A model generated the notes under the pieces. That model made no database searches and was not told the origin of the DNA. It was given only the letters and a program-made list of their open reading frames with translations. Both the position numbers and the translations under genes were made by a program. Below are positions 8,169 through 15,557 of a stretch of 28,909 nucleotides of DNA, in pieces. The DNA is from a virus (taxonomy: Duplodnaviria > Caudoviricetes), in IMG/VR virus record IMGVR_UViG_3300028829_002872, positions 1 to 28,909 of that record; one strand, given 5' to 3'. Every line of letters begins with the position of its first letter. Position 1 is the first letter of the stretch.

Positions 8169-8830
8169 TGTTTAATCATGTAAAAATTGACTTACCAGAT
8201 AAGTTAGAACGAGTAACTATTAATGGTAAAAGATACTATAAGATACCTGGTGAAGATGATATCAAACTAGTTTCTGTTACTACCGTTACTAGTTTTCAAT
8301 CTGCTAAATCAATTAAAGCTTGGAGAGAAAGAGTTGGTGCAGAAGCAGCTAATCTTAAGACTAGACGTGCAACTAGTAGAGGTACTGATTATCATACCTT
8401 AGTAGAACATCATCTAAAAAATGAAGAACTACCAACAGTTCAACCACTATCAGAATACTTATTTAAGTTTTCTAAAACTGAGTTGGGCAACATTGATAAT
8501 ATCTACGCTCTGGAAACTCCCCTATATAGTAGGAAGTTAGGTATAGCTGGTACAGTTGATTGTATTGCAGAATACAATGGCGAACTTGCTGTTATAGATT
8601 TTAAAACATCTGAGAAACCAAAACCCGAGAAGTGGATCGAAGGTTACTTTGTGCAAGCTGTTGCATATGCTTGCATGTTATATGAGTTAACTGGTATAAT
8701 AACCAAGAAACTCGTCATCATAATGTCCTGTGAAAATGGAGAATGCGTTGTCTATGAAAAGTATCACAAAAGCGAATACATTAGAAAACTTACTCAGTAT
8801 ATACGAGAGTGGAAGTTTGCTCATGAATAA
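8168..8830 (+). CDS. PD-(D/E)XK exonuclease (Cas4/RecB-like)
   Basis: SVTTV, RGT.YH..VE, AGTVDCIAEY, VIDFKTS, YFVQ..AYA.M. Confidence 0.9.
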   Translation: MFNHVKIDLPDKLERVTINGKRYYKIPGEDDIKLVSVTTVTSFQSAKSIKAWRERVGAEAANLKTRRATSRGTDYHTLVEHHLKNEELPTVQPLSEYLFKFSKTELGNIDNIYALETPLYSRKLGIAGTVDCIAEYNGELAVIDFKTSEKPKPEKWIEGYFVQAVAYACMLYELTGIITKKLVIIMSCENGECVVYEKYHKSEYIRKLTQYIREWKFAHE

Positions 8831-9092
8831 AAGTAAAGAAGCTATCAATGAGGTTCTTGATAAGAAGTTTATGACTTCTGCAAAGTTCTCAATGGAAATA
8901 GAAAACATTGTAAAAACAAATAATGGAGAACTCAATTACATTGAAGCTATTATTACTTTTTGCGATGAGAATGAGATTGAGTTTGAATCAGTATCTAAAC
9001 TGTTATCTAAAACTCTAAAAGAAAAACTTAAGTATGATGCACAACGGTTGTGCTTCATGAAGAAATCATCTAAGGCAAAACTTCCTATTTAA
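8823..9092 (+). CDS. gp33: Late transcription co-activator gp33 (start revised to 8823)
   Basis: KFSMEIE.IV...LNYIEAI..FC.ENEIE...KLLSK.LKEKLKYDA..L.F...SKAKLP. Gene order gp33-gp59-gp32. Confidence 0.88.
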   Translation: MNKSKEAINEVLDKKFMTSAKFSMEIENIVKTNNGELNYIEAIITFCDENEIEFESVSKLLSKTLKEKLKYDAQRLCFMKKSSKAKLPI

Positions 9093-9093
9093 T

Positions 9094-9696
9094 ATGGATG
9101 GGTATGAGGTATATAAGATTTACCTTGCTCTAAAATTACATTTTACCAAAGACAAATATAATTTCTTTACCTTTAATGGTAAGTCAAGAGCAAGTCTGTC
9201 TTCATTTGAAAAAAGAAATGATAGATATTTCTTTAAAAAAATAGGAACAAAATTTGACAGACAAGAAGTAATAGAATTTTTTGTCAGTCATTTTATAAAA
9301 GATGGGAGTACCTGGATAGGTAACATCTCTATACACAAATCAAAGACATACTCTGATTGGAAAAAAAAGATTCAGAGTATGTCTTTTAACTTTAGTCAAG
9401 AGATTGAATTTTTATTAGATTTACATCCAGATTTTAATTCATTATTTAGAATCGTTGATGGGCAACATCCAGTTCTATTGAAAGAACACTTGTCTGGAAA
9501 TGTTTCATTAGAGACTATGGTCGTATTGAATCTGATTGTAAACTATGTTCCGTACTTTACTAGTAATATTTCTGATCCGATTGTTTGGCCTGAGATTAGA
9601 AAGACTGTAGTGAAGTACGAACCATTCCTATCTTTGGACAAGTCTAAATACAAAAGGATTCTGTTAAAGTTATGCAGTTCTTCGACAACGATATAG
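9094..9696 (+). CDS. gp59: Helicase loader gp59
   Basis: YK.YLALKLHF...Y.FF...GK, F.KR.DRYFF.K, HP.LLK..L...VSLET, DP.VW. Confidence 0.93.
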   Translation: MDGYEVYKIYLALKLHFTKDKYNFFTFNGKSRASLSSFEKRNDRYFFKKIGTKFDRQEVIEFFVSHFIKDGSTWIGNISIHKSKTYSDWKKKIQSMSFNFSQEIEFLLDLHPDFNSLFRIVDGQHPVLLKEHLSGNVSLETMVVLNLIVNYVPYFTSNISDPIVWPEIRKTVVKYEPFLSLDKSKYKRILLKLCSSSTTI

Positions 9697-10004
9697 TTCG
9701 TACTGAAGCAGCAGAAATGATGCAACTATACGAGGATATTACAGACCTTATGATGTCTGTAAAAATTAAAACTACTGAGGGTATGAAAAAATACCTGGTT
9801 AAGTTATCTCGTATGATTGAATTGCAGGAGATGATTTATTTTCGTGCTCGTTATTCTAGTGAAGAAGATGCACAAGAGTTTGTCAACTTTTTGAAACTAT
9901 CATTTCCACTCGTTTCGATCGAAGGTGAAACAGATGTCACTGAGGCGTTTAGTCGGATGAGAACAGACATCGATAATATGATGAGCTTGTTGCCCCTTGA
10001 CTAA
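9672..10004 (+). CDS. Conserved cyanophage/cyanobacterial hypothetical protein (DUF1825-like)
   Basis: FFD.DIVR.EA..M...Y, IELQ...Y.R...S...DA. Usual position between gp59 and gp32. Confidence 0.75.
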   Translation: MQFFDNDIVRTEAAEMMQLYEDITDLMMSVKIKTTEGMKKYLVKLSRMIELQEMIYFRARYSSEEDAQEFVNFLKLSFPLVSIEGETDVTEAFSRMRTDIDNMMSLLPLD

Positions 10005-10025
10005 CCCCTCTCCATCTGGTATAAT
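9997..10025 (+). promoter_or_regulatory. Sigma70-type (early) promoter for gp32
   Basis: TTGACT (9997-10002), 17 nt spacer, TATAAT (10020-10025), with TG extended -10. Confidence 0.85.
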
Positions 10026-10079
10026 TACTAGGTGGTTAAGACCACAAAGGCCAAATACTTACAAATACGGAGAACACAC

Positions 10080-11027
10080 ATGTCTTTTGCTGCACTCAAA
10101 AAAAATTCTAACTCATCATTTGAGAAACTGACTCGCGAACTTGAGAAGGTTGCTAGTAGTCAACAAAGTTCATCTAATGATGATCGTTTTTGGAAACCTG
10201 AACTGGATAAGTCTAGTAATGGTTATGCAGTTATTCGATTCCTACCTGCACCTGACGGAGAAGACCTTCCATGGGCTAAACTCTTTAGTCATGCATTCCA
10301 AGGTCCTGGTGGATGGTATATCGAGAACTCGTTGACTACGATTAATAAGTCTGATCCTGTTGGTGAAATGAATCGTGAACTGTGGAACAGTGGTCGTGAT
10401 TCAGATAAAGAAATTGCACGTAAACAGAAACGTAAACTGTCCTACTACAGCAACATCTATGTTGTCCGTGATCCCCTCCATCCTGAGAACGAAGGAAAAG
10501 TATTCCTGTTCAAGTTTGGTAAGAAGATCTATGATAAGATCATCGGTGCTATGCAACCAGAGTTTGAAGATGAAACTCCAATCAATCCATTTGATTTCTG
10601 GTCAGGTGCTGATTTCAAACTGAAGATCAAGAAAGTTGCAGGTTACTGGAACTATGATTCTTCTGAGTTTGCATCTGTATCTACTCTTGGTGACTTTGAT
10701 GATAATCAACTAGAAGAGGTTTATGCTAAGACCAATTCTCTAGTTGCTTTCACTGAAACATCAAACTTCAAAACGTATGAAGAACTTCAGAAACGTTTGA
10801 CTACAGTTTTGAATACTAAAAAACAACCTCGTGTTGATGTTGAGACTGAAGAGAATGAATCTTTTGAGGATATGTCTGAGGGTCGTGGATTCAATTCACC
10901 AGACATTACTGCTTCTCGTGCTCCTGTACCAGAACCAGTTCGTGAGGAAATTAAACCTCGTGAGTCTAGTAAAGATGAAGAAGACGCATTGAGTTTCTTT
11001 GCAAACCTTGCTGAGTTTGATGACTAA
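10080..11027 (+). CDS. gp32: Single-stranded DNA-binding protein gp32 (start MSFAALKK at 10080)
   Basis: DDRFWKPELDKSSNGYAVIRFLP, HAFQGPGGWYIENSLTT, KRKLSYYSNIYVV, FKFGKKIYDKI and an acidic tail. GGAG Shine-Dalgarno before 10080. Confidence 0.97.
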   Translation: MSFAALKKNSNSSFEKLTRELEKVASSQQSSSNDDRFWKPELDKSSNGYAVIRFLPAPDGEDLPWAKLFSHAFQGPGGWYIENSLTTINKSDPVGEMNRELWNSGRDSDKEIARKQKRKLSYYSNIYVVRDPLHPENEGKVFLFKFGKKIYDKIIGAMQPEFEDETPINPFDFWSGADFKLKIKKVAGYWNYDSSEFASVSTLGDFDDNQLEEVYAKTNSLVAFTETSNFKTYEELQKRLTTVLNTKKQPRVDVETEENESFEDMSEGRGFNSPDITASRAPVPEPVREEIKPRESSKDEEDALSFFANLAEFDD

Positions 11028-11028
11028 T

Positions 11029-11057
11029 AAGAAGGGGGTCTTAGGACCCCCTTTTTT
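11029..11057. terminator. Bidirectional Rho-independent terminator
   Basis: AAGAA-GGGGGTC-TTAG-GACCCCC-TTTTTT between the convergent gp32 and gp53 genes. Confidence 0.92.
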
Positions 11058-11796
11058 ATACCTTTTCTGAAATTCTATATCCGTCATCAGTTAGTTTATA
11101 GTCTGTATTATATTCTAACAGTCCTGCAATTTCATCTTCCATAATAGAAACAGCATTGGCAGTTGGTAAGTATATAAGTCTCTTCAACTCATTCACTGCA
11201 TATTCATATTCTCTATTGGTAACCTTAGTTAGATTTTGTGCTGCAGTTACTGTTGTATCAATGAAACTAGCAGGTTCATCTTGATCATTATACGATGTTA
11301 CATCTCTATATGTAAATGACCATGTTTCAAAAGCACCACTGCCATTATTTGATGCTTGATTAAAAACTTTAGGGTAGTAACCAGACTGGTTTTGTTCAGT
11401 GCTATTAGTATACAGTTCTATTATTACACCAGCTTCTAATACTACATTTTGTTTGCTATCTTTTACTTCTGTCGTTTCCCAGTGTCTTGGTTTGTCTGTA
11501 GAAGATCCATATTTGTCATTAATATAAACATCTAATGTATCATGATCTAAAGGCCATTCGGTATTCATATTTGTTATGTTATTCAATAACAAAATGGTCC
11601 AGAATTTTTCTGGATCATCAAACGCAGTATTAGCAATTGAATCTGGTGTTTCCCCTGGTTTAATAGTATACTGTCTAGAAGATGCAAAGACTGCATTAAA
11701 ACTATCTCTAGCTCTTACTCTACGAAATAAATTTTTAGATAGTTTAAACTTACCAGCTACTTTAAAGTCTGGATATAAAAAATTGGGTGTTGATGG
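11056..11796 (-). CDS. gp53: Baseplate wedge protein gp53 (frame open to 11796, no canonical start for the conserved N-terminus)
   Basis: Frame extends upstream of the called TTG (11592): PSTPNFLYPDFK...SKNLFRRVRAR...YTIKPGETPDSIA...FDDPEKFWTILLLNNI...EWPL...KYG...HWET...TNREYE..NELKR.I.L, typical of gp53. An in-frame TAA lies at 11799-11797. Confidence 0.85.
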   Translation of the reverse strand, partial: PSTPNFLYPDFKVAGKFKLSKNLFRRVRARDSFNAVFASSRQYTIKPGETPDSIANTAFDDPEKFWTILLLNNITNMNTEWPLDHDTLDVYINDKYGSSTDKPRHWETTEVKDSKQNVVLEAGVIIELYTNSTEQNQSGYYPKVFNQASNNGSGAFETWSFTYRDVTSYNDQDEPASFIDTTVTAAQNLTKVTNREYEYAVNELKRLIYLPTANAVSIMEDEIAGLLEYNTDYKLTDDGYRISEKV

Positions 11797-12784
11797 TTAC
11801 ATCTTCATTTGTAACAATAGACATTTCACCAAATGACATGGTTAAATTATATGCAATTGGTTGTGGAGTTCCATCCATCATACGTGTCGCCCATACACCA
11901 TCGGGAGTATATTGAACAGAGATATTTTTACATACACACTGTTTTAGTTTTGGTAGTGAATCTATTTCACCTCCTTCATATTTCCATTTAAGATTGAATA
12001 TGTTTGGTAGTGTCAACCATCTGTCAACAGCTTGTTTTCCCTGAAAACCTTTATTGTTGTCAATATTTGGGGAAAGTAAATCTCCTAATGGATCTGTCGC
12101 CTGATCCGGATTAAAATCATCCGAGAAACCTGGTAATACATTTGCACGAAGAGTTTTTATTATATTATGTATTGACTTTTGTTCTCCTTCATTTCTAGGC
12201 ACAAGTTTCCAATTAAAATCAAATTGTCTCATTCCAACACCCTGGAATACTTGTTGTAAATATGGGTTTGCAATTCTTCCAGCAATATTTTGTGATAAAG
12301 CATTTGGGTCAACACCAATTCTGCTCAAAGCATTTTTAATAAGATCAACTTTTCCAACTTCGGCCGCCTGTTGAATTGATCCAACAGCTGAATCTATATC
12401 ATTACCCATCATATCAGCAACTGCTTGCGCTCCAAATCTTCCTATTGCACCAACAGATTGATCGGACCATTGGGGCCCATCTGTATAGGATACATTATCT
12501 GGCACTGGTAATAGTATTTTTCCTTTCGGAATCAACTGAGTTGTACTTGTCTCCCGAGGTTGGGATGGTGTTGTTTGAGAAACTAGGGTACCAGATGAGG
12601 ATGCTGCAGGAGTTACAGTTGGAGTAACTCCTCCTCCTCTTGCTGCTAGATCTTTTAGTCTTGTATTTCTTTGTTTATATCTTAATATTTCCATCTCCAA
12701 ATAATCATACTGATCTGCTATATTAGATGGCCAATATAATTGACCTCCTTCTGATGCAGATTTATTGAAGAATTTAGTTGCCAT
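11762..12784 (-). CDS. gp48: Baseplate tail-tube cap gp48-like
   Basis: I.LPVP..VSY.DG..W, NPY.QQVFQGVGMRQFDFNWKLVPRN..E, P.IF.LK, K.CV...ISVQYTPDG, P.AY.LTMSF.E. Adjacent to gp53 and divergent from gp4. Confidence 0.85.
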   Translation of the reverse strand: MATKFFNKSASEGGQLYWPSNIADQYDYLEMEILRYKQRNTRLKDLAARGGGVTPTVTPAASSSGTLVSQTTPSQPRETSTTQLIPKGKILLPVPDNVSYTDGPQWSDQSVGAIGRFGAQAVADMMGNDIDSAVGSIQQAAEVGKVDLIKNALSRIGVDPNALSQNIAGRIANPYLQQVFQGVGMRQFDFNWKLVPRNEGEQKSIHNIIKTLRANVLPGFSDDFNPDQATDPLGDLLSPNIDNNKGFQGKQAVDRWLTLPNIFNLKWKYEGGEIDSLPKLKQCVCKNISVQYTPDGVWATRMMDGTPQPIAYNLTMSFGEMSIVTNEDVTINTQFFISRL

Positions 12785-12794
12785 AGCTTGGGCT

Positions 12795-12802
12795 CATAAA
12801 TA
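12795..12802 (+). promoter_or_regulatory. Putative T4-type late promoter (CATAAATA) for gp4
   Basis: NATAAATA in the 45-bp divergent gp48/gp4 gap, about 28 nt before the gp4 ATG. Confidence 0.55.
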
Positions 12803-12829
12803 TTTGTATGATTATTCCTATATCTATAT

Positions 12830-13267
12830 ATGAACACTCTTAAGGGAAAGTATATTCCCAAAAATTCTGCTAAGTATAGAGGAGACTACCGTAATATTAT
12901 TTATAGATCTTCATGGGAATTAAAATTCATGAAGTACTGTGATGGTAATCCTAGTATACTTGAGTGGGGTAGTGAAGAGATTGTAATACCTTATAGATCT
13001 CCGCTTGATAATAAAGTTCATAGATACTTTGTTGACTTTCATATAAAAGTCAAAGACATGAATGGAAACATTCAAAAGTATTTGATTGAAGTTAAACCAA
13101 AGAAACAGACTAAAGAACCAAAGGTTCAACAAAGGATGACTAAAAAATATATCTATGAAGTTACTGAGTATGCCAAAAACCAAGCTAAATGGTCAGCGGC
13201 AAAAGAGTTTTGTGATGATAGGAATTATAAATTTATGTTAATCACAGAAGACGAACTCAAAGTATGA
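12830..13267 (+). CDS. gp4: Head completion nuclease gp4 (TnsA-like)
   Basis: KY.GD..NIIYRSSWE.KFM.YCD, WGSEE..IPY.SP.D..VHRYFVDF, IEVKP, NQAKW.AA, F.LITE.EL. Confidence 0.93.
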   Translation: MNTLKGKYIPKNSAKYRGDYRNIIYRSSWELKFMKYCDGNPSILEWGSEEIVIPYRSPLDNKVHRYFVDFHIKVKDMNGNIQKYLIEVKPKKQTKEPKVQQRMTKKYIYEVTEYAKNQAKWSAAKEFCDDRNYKFMLITEDELKV

Positions 13268-13770
13268 GTATCTTTCAAGAGATAAGAGAACTAGCTGGTA
13301 ACGAACCAAGATCATATTCTTGGTACCGTGATGCAGTAAGAATGAAATTTCAATCAGGTGATCTGTATTCAGATATGTCTGAGATGGAAGAGTCTATGAT
13401 ACCGACTCCTGGTGAACTTTATATGTTTGAATACAAGGCAACATATGCTGCTAAATTAAAATTCTATGATGAGTTTCCACTTGTATACGTTCTAAGTACA
13501 GGTGCAAAATTTTTTGGTGCGAACTTACATTATCTAAGACATAGGTCTAGAATGAATATAATATTAGGATTAGAAAATGGTAGAGCTAGGTTTCCTAAAC
13601 AATGTTATCATCATTATGTTGTAGCGGGACTAGAAACACCTCTTTATAAAATAAATAGAGAGGATTATAAAACATCTATCTTCCTTCCTATTGAAAGTTT
13701 TGTTACTAGAAAGAATGATATGTATCAACAGTATAGTAAATCAGCAGTCTGGGGAGAAACTTCTCAATGA
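13264..13770 (+). CDS. gp2: DNA end protector gp2-like protein
   Basis: S.SWY, PG.LYMF.Y.A....L..YD.FPLV, G.NLHYL, LP.E.F, VW..S/T. Adjacent to gp4. Confidence 0.75.
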   Translation: MSIFQEIRELAGNEPRSYSWYRDAVRMKFQSGDLYSDMSEMEESMIPTPGELYMFEYKATYAAKLKFYDEFPLVYVLSTGAKFFGANLHYLRHRSRMNIILGLENGRARFPKQCYHHYVVAGLETPLYKINREDYKTSIFLPIESFVTRKNDMYQQYSKSAVWGETSQ

Positions 13771-14609
13771 GTAGAATATCTGGCGTAGCGCCAATGTCGA
13801 ACTATTCGACATTTAAAGAACAGTTTAAAAAATCTGGGTATAGTAGTAGTAATTTCTATGATGTCACTATAGAACTAGACAGTAATCCAAAATTAATTCA
13901 ACAATTATCTAAGGATCCTCAATTTAATTTGAATTCTACGAAACAATTGCTTAAACTTTATTGTGATGAAGCCACGATGCCTGGTTTACAGATATCAACT
14001 GGTGACTATAGAATTACTAATACACCAAATCTAAAATATGCTTATGGTGCAGTATTCAGTGAGATGGAATTATCTTTTATGCTTGATGCTGATTCTCAAA
14101 TAAAAAATTTGTTTGACCTATGGACCAATTCGATTTATGGTTATGCAAATCAAAGATTGAGTTTAGAAAACTTAGTTGGGATAGGATCTCCACAACAAAA
14201 TTTTAGATCATCATATAGAGATGACTATACTGTTGATATTATAATTGTAAAGTATGAAAAATCTATGAACGGAACTGTGAATGGCAGGGAACCAAGCGAT
14301 AAAAGAACTGCATATTCTGTTAGAGATATAATTCCAGATATACAAAATGATAACGGTAATAACCGTACTAAATTTTATAGATCAATTCCAGTACATGCTA
14401 CAAAAATATTTAAAGCTTTCCCATCAAATATATCTTCAGTTTCACTGAGTAGAGAGGAGACATCTATGTCAAAACTAGGTGTAAGTTTTGAGTATGAAAC
14501 TTTTACAACTACAACTCTCAACTCTTCATCTGCTGTTAACTTTAGGGATCCTATTAATGGTGGATCTGGATTAGATATTATAGATTCATTGATTGGACTC
14601 CTTACCTAA
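13767..14609 (+). CDS. Tail-tube-like baseplate protein (gp54 / tube initiator-like)
   Basis: CDEATMPG, YAYG....E..LSF..D, Y.DDY...I.I.KYE, AFP..I.SV.L and L.V.FEYE form a tube-protein-fold pattern. Directly precedes gp26. Confidence 0.65.
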   Translation: MSRISGVAPMSNYSTFKEQFKKSGYSSSNFYDVTIELDSNPKLIQQLSKDPQFNLNSTKQLLKLYCDEATMPGLQISTGDYRITNTPNLKYAYGAVFSEMELSFMLDADSQIKNLFDLWTNSIYGYANQRLSLENLVGIGSPQQNFRSSYRDDYTVDIIIVKYEKSMNGTVNGREPSDKRTAYSVRDIIPDIQNDNGNNRTKFYRSIPVHATKIFKAFPSNISSVSLSREETSMSKLGVSFEYETFTTTTLNSSSAVNFRDPINGGSGLDIIDSLIGLLT

Positions 14610-14615
14610 GTGGTG

Positions 14616-14623
14616 TATAAATA
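14616..14623 (+). promoter_or_regulatory. T4-type late promoter
   Basis: Exact TATAAATA in the intergenic gap, 34 nt before the gp26 start. Confidence 0.8.
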
Positions 14624-14657
14624 CTTCAGATAGTATTCTAGATTATACGGAGTTGTA

Positions 14658-15374
14658 ATGACGTTACCAAAACTTTCTACGCCAACTTATGAGTTGGTTG
14701 TGCCATCTACAGGTAAAAAAATTAAGTACAGACCTTTCCTAGTAAAGGAAGAAAAAATTCTTTTACTTGCTATGGAAACTGAGGATGAAAATCAGATGGC
14801 AAATGCAGTTAAAACTATTTTATCTAACTGCATTCAGACACCTAGATTTAAAATTGATAATCTTGCTCTGTTTGATATTGAATATATCTTCTTAAATATT
14901 AGAGGAAAATCTGTAGGTGAAACTGTAGATCTAAAGATTACTTGTCCTGATGACAATGAAACTACAGTAGATGTTCAAATTGATCTGGATGAGATTGTTG
15001 TTGACAAACAGGAAGATCATTCAAACATTATAAAAATGAATGATGATGTGTCAGTTGTGATGAAGTATCCAAGTATGGATCTATTCATTAAAAATAATAT
15101 GTCTGATGATTCATCGTCAGATGTGGATGATGTATTTGAAATTGCATCTATGTGCATTAATCAAATTGTAGAGGGTGAAGAGGTATATGAAGCTTCTAAT
15201 TGTTCTAAGAAAGAGATCAATGAATTTTTAGAAGGAATGGATACAAAACAATTCTTGAAGGTACAGAAATTCTTTGAGACTATGCCAAAATTATCTCATA
15301 CAATCTCTGTTACAAATCCAAATACTAAGGTAACCAGTGAAGTAGTAATTGAGGGTCTAGCAAGTTTTTTCTGA
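14658..15374 (+). CDS. gp26: Baseplate hub assembly protein, T4 gp26/gp51 family
   Basis: LPKL.TPTYEL..PSTGKKIKYRPFLVKEEKILL.A.E, FDIEYIFL.IRGKSVGE, MKYP, FFETMPKL.H, EGLASFF*. Confidence 0.9.
   Translation: MTLPKLSTPTYELVVPSTGKKIKYRPFLVKEEKILLLAMETEDENQMANAVKTILSNCIQTPRFKIDNLALFDIEYIFLNIRGKSVGETVDLKITCPDDNETTVDVQIDLDEIVVDKQEDHSNIIKMNDDVSVVMKYPSMDLFIKNNMSDDSSSDVDDVFEIASMCINQIVEGEEVYEASNCSKKEINEFLEGMDTKQFLKVQKFFETMPKLSHTISVTNPNTKVTSEVVIEGLASFF
15365..15371 (+). other. Candidate -1 ribosomal frameshift heptamer T TTT TTC
   Basis: X XXY YYZ pattern in the gp26 reading frame immediately before its TGA. The -1 frame is open to 15556. Confidence 0.6.
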
Positions 15375-15556
15375 TAGCCCTATCCCATGAATCACTTGAA
15401 AATTATTACCAAGTTAATTTTGCTATGATGCAACACCACAAATATAGTTTAACTGAATTGGATAATATGATTCCTTGGGAGAGGGAGATTTATGTTCAGA
15501 TGCTAGTTGATTATATTAAAGAAGAAAACGAACGTCAAAAGAACCAACAGAGTTAA
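15365..15556 (+). CDS. gp51: gp51-like small baseplate/tail assembly ORF (missed by ORF track; first ATG at 15425, or C-terminal extension of gp26 by -1 frameshift)
   Basis: -1 frame reads FFLIALSHESLENYYQVNFAMMQHHKYSLTELDNMIPWEREIYVQMLVDYIKEENERQKNQQS*. NF..MQHHKYSLTE..NMIPWER.IY is the conserved cyanophage motif. Confidence 0.85.
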   Translation, partial: FFLIALSHESLENYYQVNFAMMQHHKYSLTELDNMIPWEREIYVQMLVDYIKEENERQKNQQS

Positions 15557-15557
15557 T

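Noticed and set aside
8168-8830. Cas4-like nuclease as evidence of a CRISPR system
   Set aside because: No repeat-spacer array or other cas genes are in the window. This nuclease is a usual neighbour of phoH and gp33 in marine T4-likes.
12830-13267. TnsA-like nuclease as a Tn7-type transposon
   Set aside because: Motifs and gene order fit head completion protein gp4. There is no tnsB/tnsC and no terminal repeats.
15373-15384. GATAG-CC-CTATC hairpin as the frameshift stimulator
   Set aside because: The stem is very short and sits only about 1 nt from the heptamer, inside the ribosome footprint, so it was not counted as support.
15507-15557. TTG start at 15507 for the 802 aa ORF (likewise the extended starts at 1485, 8730 and 10032)
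   Set aside because: These extensions overlap real upstream genes or leaders. The downstream ATGs at 15558, 1590, 8823 and 10080 fit better.
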